Of a stretch of 32,000 nt of DNA, positions 24,716-32,000 are shown piece after piece (within the stretch, counting starts at the first letter, position 1; each line of letters starts with the position of its first letter). Origin of the DNA: Bariatricus massiliensis (GTDB lineage Bacteria; Bacillota; Clostridia; Lachnospirales; Lachnospiraceae); the NCBI RefSeq assembly GCF_900086725.1, contig NZ_LT574836.1:73088-105087 (forward strand), given 5' to 3'. The position numbers and the translations under genes are program-made. The notes under the pieces are model-generated. The model was not told the DNA's origin, searched no databases, and saw nothing but the letters and a program-made list of their open reading frames with translations.

Positions 24716-25966
24716 ATGGCAGGTAGAAATGAAGACATTGTAAGATGTTCGTTCTGTAACAAGACGCAGGCGCAGGTGCGTAAGATGATAGCCGGGCCGA
24801 ATGGTTCCTATATCTGTGATGAGTGCGTTGAAGTCTGTGCAGAGATTATTGAAGAAGAATTAGAATATGAAGACGCGGGAAAGTTTGACGATATCAACCT
24901 TTTGAAGCCTGAAGAAATCAAGGCGTTTCTGGATGAGTATGTAATCGGACAGGAGGAGGCTAAAAAGGTACTTTCCGTGGCTGTCTATAATCATTATAAA
25001 AGAATTATGGCGGAGAAGGATTTGGGGGTAGAGCTGCAGAAGAGCAACATCCTCATGGTGGGCCCTACGGGATGCGGAAAGACATTTTTAGCGCAGTCCC
25101 TTGCCCGCATTCTTAATGTGCCTTTTGCCATCGCCGATGCCACTGCTTTGACAGAGGCCGGTTATGTCGGTGAGGATGTGGAAAATATCCTTTTGAAAAT
25201 TATTCAGGCGGCCGACGGTGATGTGGAACGGGCGGAATATGGAATTATTTATATCGACGAAATTGATAAGATTACAAGAAAATCTGAGAATCCGTCCATA
25301 ACCCGTGATGTATCAGGAGAAGGCGTACAGCAGGCACTTTTGAAAATTTTGGAGGGCACTGTGGCCAACGTTCCGCCTCAGGGAGGAAGAAAGCACCCGC
25401 ATCAAGAGCTGATTCAGATAGACACTACCAATATCCTGTTTATCTGCGGCGGAGCTTTTGAAGGTATTGACAAGATTGTGGAAAAGCGTGTGGACAGAAA
25501 GTCTATCGGCTTTGGCGCGGAGATCGGTGCGAAGCATGAATATGACATCGACCACCTGCTTCACCAGATTCTTCCGCAGGATTTAGTCAAATTTGGATTG
25601 ATTCCGGAGCTGGTGGGACGTGTCCCGGTAAATGTTTCACTGAATCATCTGGATAAAGAAGCGTTGATGCGCATTCTTACAGAGCCCAAGAATGCTATCG
25701 TCAAACAATACCAGAAGCTTTTGGAGCTGGATGATGTGGCGCTGGAATTCGATAAGGAAGCATTGGAGGCAATTGCGGAGACTTCCCTCAAAAGAAAGAC
25801 GGGGGCCAGAGGGCTTCGGGCCATCATGGAAAATGTTATGCTGGATGTCATGTACCGTGCGCCTTCCGATGAGGAGCTTAAGTACTGCAAAATTACCAAA
25901 GATGCGGTTCTAGGCAAGGGAATCCCTGAAACAGAGCAGGAAGATATAAAATCGCAGAGCGCATAA
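24716..25966 (+). CDS. clpX: ATP-dependent Clp protease ATP-binding subunit ClpX
   Basis: 416 aa. It has an N-terminal zinc-binding domain ([28 protein letters not shown]), Walker A GPTGCGKT, Walker [10 protein letters not shown], and the [12 protein letters not shown] pore region. Confidence 0.97.
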   Translation: MAGRNEDIVRCSFCNKTQAQVRKMIAGPNGSYICDECVEVCAEIIEEELEYEDAGKFDDINLLKPEEIKAFLDEYVIGQEEAKKVLSVAVYNHYKRIMAEKDLGVELQKSNILMVGPTGCGKTFLAQSLARILNVPFAIADATALTEAGYVGEDVENILLKIIQAADGDVERAEYGIIYIDEIDKITRKSENPSITRDVSGEGVQQALLKILEGTVANVPPQGGRKHPHQELIQIDTTNILFICGGAFEGIDKIVEKRVDRKSIGFGAEIGAKHEYDIDHLLHQILPQDLVKFGLIPELVGRVPVNVSLNHLDKEALMRILTEPKNAIVKQYQKLLELDDVALEFDKEALEAIAETSLKRKTGARGLRAIMENVMLDVMYRAPSDEELKYCKITKDAVLGKGIPETEQEDIKSQSA

Positions 25967-26018
25967 TCAGCCTCGCAGGAGATGATGCATGTAACTGCGT
26001 TTATGAAAAGAGATTAAC

Positions 26019-26054
26019 GGGTGCAAACGGGGAAACCAGATGCACCCTTTTCTT
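26019..26054 (+). terminator. Intrinsic terminator after clpX
   Basis: GGGTGCA (26019-26025), a 15-nt loop, TGCACCC (26041-26047), then TTTTCTT. Confidence 0.7.
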
Positions 26055-26098
26055 ATAACAGTAGGAAACTTTGTTCAATTACAGAAGGAGATTACAAG

Positions 26099-28432
26099 AT
26101 GAGGAAAAAGATAAGTATTCCCATGGTCGCACTTCGTGGAATGACGATTCTTCCGGAAATGGTGGTTCATTTTGACATCAGCAGAGAGCGGTCAATTGAC
26201 GCGGTACAGGAAGCCATGGCGGAAGAGCAGAAGATTATGCTTGTGACGCAGAGGGACATTGAGGTGGAGAACCCGGAGGAGAGCGACCTCTACCGAGTGG
26301 GAACAATCGCGACGGTCAAACAGATTCTCAAGCTTCCACGTCAGATTCTGCGTGTGCTGGTTGCGGGAGAAGAACGTGCGATTCTTGATAACATAGAGGT
26401 GACCGACCCTTATATGCGGGCGAATGTCACTGTGATCGGAGAGGATGAACCTGAGATTGCCGGTGACATCAATAAAGAAGCTATGGTCCGGGGATTAAAA
26501 GATATGTATCTTGAATATGCCATGAGAAATCCCAAGGTGACAAAAGATATGGCCAATCAAATCAAGGATATTACAGATTTGAAGAAGCTGGTGAATCAGG
26601 TTTCTGCCAATCTCCCCATACACTATACAGAGCTGCAGGAGATTTTAGACGAAACGGATTTTATGAAGCGCTACGAACTTCTGGCTTTTAAGCTGGTAAA
26701 TGAAGTCCAGATCATGAATATCCGCGATGAGATTCAGATTAAGGTGAAAGAGCGGGTGGACGAGCATCAGCGGGAGTACATTCTCAGGGAACAGTTGAAG
26801 CTGATTCGCGAGGAACTGGGGGAGGATACTACGATTTCGGATGCAGAAGAATTTGAGCAGTCTGTAGCGGAAATGCAGGCCCCGGACGAAATCAAAGAAA
26901 AACTGAAGAAAGAAATCAATCGATTTAAAAGTTCTATGCAGAGCCCGGCAGAGGCGGGCGTTATCCGCACCTATATTGAAACAATGCTGGAGATGCCTTG
27001 GGATAAGCGGGTTGATGACTTTACCGATATCAAATACGCGAAGGAACTTCTGGAGGCGGAACACTATGGACTGGAGGAAGTCAAGGAGCGTATTCTGGAA
27101 TATCTTGCAGTCCGTGCATTGACAAAGAAAGGGGACAGCCCGATTCTCTGTCTTGTGGGGCCGCCGGGAACTGGGAAAACTTCTATCGCAAAATCATTGG
27201 CGAAGGCATTGAAAAAGCCGTATGTCAGAATCTCTCTGGGCGGTGTAAGAGATGAGGCGGAAATCCGCGGACATCGAAAAACATATGTAGGAGCCATGCC
27301 GGGGCGTATTGCCAACGGGATTAAAAGCGCCGGGATAAAGAATCCTTTGATGCTTCTGGATGAAATTGACAAAGTAAGCACAGACTATAAGGGGGATACA
27401 TTTTCTGCACTGCTGGAGGTATTGGACAGTGAGCAGAACAATAAGTTCCGCGACCACTATCTGGAAGTGCCTCTGGATTTATCTGAGGTAACTTTTGTGA
27501 CGACTGCCAATACGCTTCAGACGATACCACGGCCGCTGCTTGACCGTATGGAGGTAATTGAAGTCAACAGTTATACGGAGAATGAAAAGCTCCATATAGC
27601 GGAGCGCCACCTTATACCAAAGCAGCTTGCCCGCCATGGGCTGACAAAAGAACAAGTAACTATCAGCAAAGGCGCTGTGTGGAAGATGGCCCGCAATTAT
27701 ACAAAAGAGGCCGGTGTTCGTCAGCTTGAGAGGGAAATAGGCAATATATGCAGGAAAGCCGCAAGAGAAATATACGAGAGTAATAAAAAGAAAGTACAGG
27801 TGACGGAGCGGAATCTCTGGAAATACTTGGGGAAAGAAAAGTTTACATACCAGATGGCCAACGCGGAAGACGAGATAGGAATTGTCCGTGGCCTCGCGTG
27901 GACGAGTGTGGGTGGAGACACGCTTCAGATCGAAGTGAATGTTATGCCGGGAAAAGGCGATATCATGCTTACCGGACAGCTTGGCGATGTCATGAAAGAG
28001 TCGGCACAGACCGGAATCAGTTATATCCGCTCCATCAGCAGCAAATACAAGGTGCCGGAAAACTTTTTTGACGAGCATGATATTCACATCCATATTCCGG
28101 AAGGCGCGGTGCCGAAAGACGGTCCGTCGGCAGGTATAACTATGGCTACAGCTATGATTTCGGCAATCACCGGACGCAAAGCCCGGGCAGATATTGCTAT
28201 GACCGGGGAAATTACACTTCGGGGAAGAGTGCTTCCCATCGGCGGCTTGAAGGAAAAGCTGCTGGCGGCGAAAAACGCAGGTATAAAGACGGTGCTGGTT
28301 CCGAAAGAGAATGAAAAGGATATCGAAGAGATTTCCACAGAAATCACAAAGGGTCTGGAGATAATCTTTGTATCCCAGATGGACGAGGTGTTGAAGGCGG
28401 CGCTCAAAGGCCGGTCGTCAGACTCCAAATAG
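26099..28432 (+). CDS. lon: Lon protease (LonA type)
   Basis: The track ORF starts at a GTG (26021) that overlaps the terminator. The ATG at 26099 has AAGGAG 8 nt upstream and gives MRKKISIPMVALRGMTILPEMVVHFD (LON N-domain). Also present are Walker A GPPGTGKTS, the catalytic Ser in PKDGPSAGITMATA, and the Lys in GGLKEKLLAAK. Confidence 0.96.
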   Translation: MRKKISIPMVALRGMTILPEMVVHFDISRERSIDAVQEAMAEEQKIMLVTQRDIEVENPEESDLYRVGTIATVKQILKLPRQILRVLVAGEERAILDNIEVTDPYMRANVTVIGEDEPEIAGDINKEAMVRGLKDMYLEYAMRNPKVTKDMANQIKDITDLKKLVNQVSANLPIHYTELQEILDETDFMKRYELLAFKLVNEVQIMNIRDEIQIKVKERVDEHQREYILREQLKLIREELGEDTTISDAEEFEQSVAEMQAPDEIKEKLKKEINRFKSSMQSPAEAGVIRTYIETMLEMPWDKRVDDFTDIKYAKELLEAEHYGLEEVKERILEYLAVRALTKKGDSPILCLVGPPGTGKTSIAKSLAKALKKPYVRISLGGVRDEAEIRGHRKTYVGAMPGRIANGIKSAGIKNPLMLLDEIDKVSTDYKGDTFSALLEVLDSEQNNKFRDHYLEVPLDLSEVTFVTTANTLQTIPRPLLDRMEVIEVNSYTENEKLHIAERHLIPKQLARHGLTKEQVTISKGAVWKMARNYTKEAGVRQLEREIGNICRKAAREIYESNKKKVQVTERNLWKYLGKEKFTYQMANAEDEIGIVRGLAWTSVGGDTLQIEVNVMPGKGDIMLTGQLGDVMKESAQTGISYIRSISSKYKVPENFFDEHDIHIHIPEGAVPKDGPSAGITMATAMISAITGRKARADIAMTGEITLRGRVLPIGGLKEKLLAAKNAGIKTVLVPKENEKDIEEISTEITKGLEIIFVSQMDEVLKAALKGRSSDSK

Positions 28433-28446
28433 AGAGGACATAAAAG

Positions 28447-29031
28447 ATGGTAATAAAAAATGTAAACCTAGAGACAGTATGTGGAATTACAAGCGTACTG
28501 CCCGACAACCAAATGCCGGAGATTGCTTTTGCAGGAAAATCGAATGTAGGGAAATCTTCTTTAATTAACGGATTGATGAATAGAAAGGCGTATGCCCGGA
28601 CTTCGGCAAAGCCGGGGAAGACCCAGACAATCAATTTTTATAATATTAATGAGGAATTGTATCTTGTGGATTTGCCGGGCTATGGCTATGCAAAAGTTTC
28701 GGTGAAGGAAAAAGAGCAGTGGGGAAAGTTGATCGAGCGTTATCTCCACGGCTCCAAGCAGTTAAAAGCGGTGTTCTTGTTGATCGATATCAGGCATGAC
28801 CCGTCTGCCAATGACAAGTTGATGTATGACTGGATTGTCAGTCAGGGATTTGAGCCGATTATCATTGCCACGAAACTTGATAAAATCAAGCGGAGCCAGA
28901 TTCAGAAGCAGCTAAAGGCCGTGAAGGACGGATTGAAGCTTTTGCCCGGAACCACTGTGATTCCCTTCTCGGCTGAGACGAAGCAGGGACGGGATGAGAT
29001 TTGGGAATTGGTCGAGAGAGAGTTTTTATAG
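28447..29031 (+). CDS. engB: Ribosome biogenesis GTP-binding protein YihA/YsxC (EngB)
   Basis: 194 aa. FAGKSNVGKSSLIN (G1), DLPGYGYA (G3) and TKLDK (G4). The lon-engB adjacency is typical of Firmicutes. Confidence 0.93.
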   Translation: MVIKNVNLETVCGITSVLPDNQMPEIAFAGKSNVGKSSLINGLMNRKAYARTSAKPGKTQTINFYNINEELYLVDLPGYGYAKVSVKEKEQWGKLIERYLHGSKQLKAVFLLIDIRHDPSANDKLMYDWIVSQGFEPIIIATKLDKIKRSQIQKQLKAVKDGLKLLPGTTVIPFSAETKQGRDEIWELVEREFL

Positions 29032-29050
29032 AATTTAGTTTACAACAGAA

Positions 29051-29100
29051 GAAGAGCGTGAACGGGGGGGCGTACTGCCTTCCCGCTCACGCTCTTCATT
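29051..29100. terminator. Long hairpin between convergent engB and the MATE gene
   Basis: GAAGAGCGTGAACGGG (29051-29066) pairs with CCCGCTCACGCTCTTC (29082-29097) with one mismatch. The tails are modestly T-rich on both strands (atttgt / ttctgttgt). Confidence 0.6.
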
Positions 29101-29122
29101 TGTCGTAAATAGAATCATTACC

Positions 29123-30472
29123 TTATTCCAGCACCTTTTTCTTGCGGTAAAAGTAGTAAGGGATCAGCAGCAGCGCTGTGGCTGACCATGCCATAGGGTA
29201 GCTGAAGAGCAGGGTAGATACCTCGTTGCGCATAGGTGTGACAAAAAGCACCCATGGAATCCGCACGAGCAGAACACCGCCCATGGTAATCAGCGCCGGT
29301 ATCAGGACATCTCCGATTCCCCGCAGGGCGCCGGAATATATTTCTACGAATATGTAGATAAGGTAGCTCGGTGTAATCAACTTGAGCATGTATACTCCGA
29401 TGTCGATGACCGCCTGATCGGAGGTGAATATATGGTAAAGGGGACGGCAGGCAATCATAAGGAAGACGACCATTGCCCCGCATATGGACAGCGCCATTAA
29501 GAGACAGACGCGTACACTTTTGCGTACACGGGCATACTGCTTTGCTCCGAAATTCTGACCGGCAAAAGTGGTGATGGAGATTCCGAAGGCCCCACATATC
29601 GTCCAGAAGATAGCGTCCAGTTTTCCGAAGGCGGCCCACGCCGCCGCTGTGTCTGTCCCAAAATTGTTGATAGATGTCTGAATGATGATGTTAGTTATGC
29701 TGTATGCGCATGATTGAAGTCCGCTGGGAAGACCGATGCGGAATTCTGCTTTCAGCAAATCGGGATGGATTTTTATGGCTTTTAGCCGCAGCTTCAACAT
29801 GTCGTAGGAGCGCATAAGTGAGAAGGTGACCAGAAGAGCACTCACTGCCTGTGCGATAATAGTTGCAATTGCGACTCCGGCAATACCTAGATGGAACACC
29901 AGTACCATGACAATGTCCAGTACAATATTTAAGAAACAGCATACAATCAAATAGTAGAGCGGGCGTTTCGAATCACCGATCGCACGCATGATGCCGGAAC
30001 CCATATTATAAATCAGTACAAATAAAATGCCAAGAAAGTAAATGCGCAGGTACAAAATAGAATCTGGCAATACATCCGCCGGTGTTTTCATCATAGTGAG
30101 AAGGGCAGGAGCGGAAAACCAGCCCACGACGGAGATGACCACGCTTGCTAAAATTGAGAAAGCGTATGCCGTGTGAAGTCCCTTGTTTAGATTCGCTTCA
30201 TCTTTTGCACCAAAATATTGGGAGATGATTACCGTTGCTCCGGCCGAAAGTCCGGTGAAAAATCCAATGACTAAATTGGAGAGCACCGCCGCCGACCCTC
30301 CTACACTTGCCAGCGCCTGCTTGCCGATAAAACGCCCGACGATAACGGCATCTACCGTATTATATAGCTGCTGAAAAAAAGTTCCTATGACAATAGGAAA
30401 GAAAAAGATAAGTAATTGCTTCCAGATAACACCTTCCGTTATCTGATTCGTATTTGATTTCTCTTTTCTCAT
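29123..30472 (-). CDS. MATE family efflux transporter
   Basis: The likely start is the internal ATG at 30472 (MRKEKSNTNQITEGVIWKQLLIFFFPIVIGTFFQQLYNTVDAVIVGRFIG...), giving 449 aa and 12 TM, with a typical MATE N-terminus. The track extension to 30574 adds 34 non-conserved-looking residues. Confidence 0.9.
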   Translation of the reverse strand: MRKEKSNTNQITEGVIWKQLLIFFFPIVIGTFFQQLYNTVDAVIVGRFIGKQALASVGGSAAVLSNLVIGFFTGLSAGATVIISQYFGAKDEANLNKGLHTAYAFSILASVVISVVGWFSAPALLTMMKTPADVLPDSILYLRIYFLGILFVLIYNMGSGIMRAIGDSKRPLYYLIVCCFLNIVLDIVMVLVFHLGIAGVAIATIIAQAVSALLVTFSLMRSYDMLKLRLKAIKIHPDLLKAEFRIGLPSGLQSCAYSITNIIIQTSINNFGTDTAAAWAAFGKLDAIFWTICGAFGISITTFAGQNFGAKQYARVRKSVRVCLLMALSICGAMVVFLMIACRPLYHIFTSDQAVIDIGVYMLKLITPSYLIYIFVEIYSGALRGIGDVLIPALITMGGVLLVRIPWVLFVTPMRNEVSTLLFSYPMAWSATALLLIPYYFYRKKKVLE

Positions 30473-30594
30473 GACATATGTTCCTCTCGCTCTGTATAAT
30501 AATTTGTGTAGACTCGGTTTAGACCAGTGTACAATCCCTATCTGCATCATATCACAGTATTGCTGAAAGGTCATTCATTTTCTCGATAAAGTGT

Positions 30595-30660
30595 GGGAAA
30601 AATAAAAGACAGCACCGTCCTGTAGTGGAAAATCCACCATAGGGCGATGCTGTTTTTGAT
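30595..30660 (-). terminator. Intrinsic terminator after the M20 amidohydrolase gene
   Basis: On the - strand RNA, ACAGCAUCG (30653-30645) pairs with CGGUGCUGU (30617-30609) around an inner imperfect stem CCUAUGGUGG/CCACUACAGG. A CUUUUAUUUUU tail follows (30608-30598). Confidence 0.65.
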
Positions 30661-30677
30661 TCATGATGGGGGGATAC

Positions 30678-31859
30678 TTATTTATCTGCTGCGTGGGCGT
30701 CAAGCCAGTCCATGGCAGATTTTGCGTAGACAGCGGCGCCTAAAGGCAGACAGTCATCATTAAATAAAACCTTGGGATTGTGCTGTCCTACCCATTTGCT
30801 CTTATCCGGCACGCCTGCCCCCAGACAGAAGTAAGCGGAGGGAACTTTCTCACAGATAAAAGCAAAGTCCTCGGAGCCCATTACATGATACAGCGGATAG
30901 GTTTTAATAGAATCGCTGAGGCTGTGAATGCTGTTCAGACAAGCGTCTACCATCTGTGCGTCACAGGTGACGGCAGGCACATCACTCAAGACTTCTATTT
31001 CATAGGTAGTTCGGTAGGCCTTACAGACCGCGTCGATGACGTCATGAATTCGCTGTATGAGGTTGTCTCTCACCTCTGGTTTAAAGGTACGCAGTGTCCC
31101 TTCAAGTATGGCCCGCTCGGGGATGATGTTTGAGGCAGTTCCTGACACAAAGCGTCCGATTGTAAGAGCGGCCTCCTCGGCGGAAGAGACTTCCCGTGCA
31201 ATCAATTCCTGCAGTCCAAGATATATGTGGACTCCCGTGTTGATAGGGTCGATTCCCAGATTTGGCGTTGAGCCATGAGCGCCTTTTCCTGTCAGAGTTA
31301 CTTTGAAGCCGTAGACGGATGACATGGGCTGCGGTCCGTAGATGATGATATTGCTGGCCATCTCGGAAGCCACATGCATTCCAAAGGCTGCGTCCACCGT
31401 CGGTTTTTCTAGTATTCCGGCTTCAATCGCGGCCGATGCGCCGGCGAATATTTCCTCGCCGGATTGAAAGAACAGCTTTACGATTCCACTCAAATCCTCT
31501 TCGTGTGCTTTGAGCAGCTTGGCGGCCCCGAGCAGTGTGGCGGTATGCAGGTCATGTCCACAGGAATGCATGCAGCCATTCTGTGAGGCAAAAGAGACAC
31601 CGGACTCTTCCGGCATAGGGAGCCCATCCATATCGCTGCGCAGTAAAAAGCATTTGTTTCCTTTTCCGATGCAGGCGGTGATACAGGAACTGTCTTCATA
31701 GACATGATAGTCGATTTCCATTTCTGTCAGTTTCTCTTTGACAAAGTCTACGGTTTTGGGGAGGTGCAGACCAAGTTCGGGGATTTGATGCAGCGCCCGG
31801 CGCCATTCGCTCAATTGTGCCTGCATTGCCTGAGCTTCTTTTAATAATTGATTTTCCAT
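30678..31859 (-). CDS. M20/M20D family amidohydrolase (N-acyl-amino acid / hippurate hydrolase-like)
   Basis: 393 aa. LHQIPELGL, LLRSDMDGLPM and MHSCGHDLHT are the metal-ligand motifs of peptidase M20D. AAGGAG lies 7 nt upstream. Confidence 0.9.
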   Translation of the reverse strand: MENQLLKEAQAMQAQLSEWRRALHQIPELGLHLPKTVDFVKEKLTEMEIDYHVYEDSSCITACIGKGNKCFLLRSDMDGLPMPEESGVSFASQNGCMHSCGHDLHTATLLGAAKLLKAHEEDLSGIVKLFFQSGEEIFAGASAAIEAGILEKPTVDAAFGMHVASEMASNIIIYGPQPMSSVYGFKVTLTGKGAHGSTPNLGIDPINTGVHIYLGLQELIAREVSSAEEAALTIGRFVSGTASNIIPERAILEGTLRTFKPEVRDNLIQRIHDVIDAVCKAYRTTYEIEVLSDVPAVTCDAQMVDACLNSIHSLSDSIKTYPLYHVMGSEDFAFICEKVPSAYFCLGAGVPDKSKWVGQHNPKVLFNDDCLPLGAAVYAKSAMDWLDAHAADK

Positions 31860-31881
31860 AGTGACTTCTCCTTAATCCTAG

Positions 31882-32000
31882 TTATTTTTTTGGCGCTTCC
31901 TTGATAAATCCAATTTTATACATACCTAGATAACATAGGAAGCTGACTACGATGAATCCAAGCATAAAATAGCTGTAGTTTGCCGACATAAAGCTGTAGC
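31882..32000 (-). CDS. C-terminal end of a membrane protein (5' part beyond the window end); probably co-transcribed with the M20 gene
   Basis: Not in the ORF track. My reverse-strand translation gives ..YSFMSANYSYFMLGFIVVSFLCYLGMYKIGFIKEAPKK*, with the stop at 31884-31882. It is a hydrophobic helix with a basic tail. The stop is 22 nt upstream of the M20 start. Confidence 0.45.
   Translation of the reverse strand, partial: YSFMSANYSYFMLGFIVVSFLCYLGMYKIGFIKEAPKK

Noticed and set aside
27479-28093. 204-aa antisense ORF inside lon (similar cases at 13745..14251 in secA, 23541..24053 in tig and 26645..27064 in lon)
   Set aside because: The reasoning is the same: these are shadows of highly conserved sense genes with no independent signals.
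1-32000. Search by eye for CRISPR-like spaced repeats, IS/transposon inverted repeats, integrase or recombinase genes, prophage or defence-island content
   Set aside because: Nothing was found. Every ORF over 100 aa that is not an antisense shadow is accounted for by a housekeeping or small hypothetical gene. A computational repeat search (self dot-plot) would be needed to exclude short dispersed repeats.

Overview
This window is a densely packed core-chromosome segment of a mid-GC Firmicute, Clostridia/Lachnospiraceae-like by gene order and protein sequences. I call 30 protein-coding genes, two of them truncated at the window edges, and almost all are housekeeping. In order they are: class A PBP (partial), YigZ/IMPACT, a small orphan membrane protein, hpf, a PsiE-family protein, a PAP2 phosphatase, typA/bipA, a tandem-OB SSB-like protein, dapA, dapB, class 3 fructose-1,6-bisphosphatase, an acidic repeat lipoprotein, a eukaryote-type HisA, secA, prfB (programmed +1 frameshift), an HTH-ACT (UPF0735) protein, hom, an iPGM/ApgM-like proposed homoserine kinase, lysC, an XRE regulator, a CYTH protein, DJ-1/PfpI, a hypothetical lipoprotein, tig, clpP, clpX, lon, engB, a MATE exporter, an M20 amidohydrolase and a partial membrane protein. 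I saw no rRNA, tRNA, CRISPR array, transposase, integrase or recognisable phage-defence gene. I do not find a convincing novel multi-gene system and will not invent one. The loci most worth a second look are: (1) the terminator-free secA-prfB-[HTH-ACT]-hom-[iPGM-like kinase]-lysC block; (2) an internally duplicated OB-fold SSB-like protein with no acidic tail; (3) a low-GC islet with an orphan membrane-anchored protein and an oddly oriented hairpin; (4) an SD-sequestering hairpin with an embedded promoter upstream of a PsiE-fusion gene; (5) an orphan His6-type HisA; (6) an orphan XRE regulator next to a CYTH gene. Several 5' ends in the ORF track are over-extended, and two edge genes are missing from it. 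All promoter, terminator and start-site calls were made by eye.
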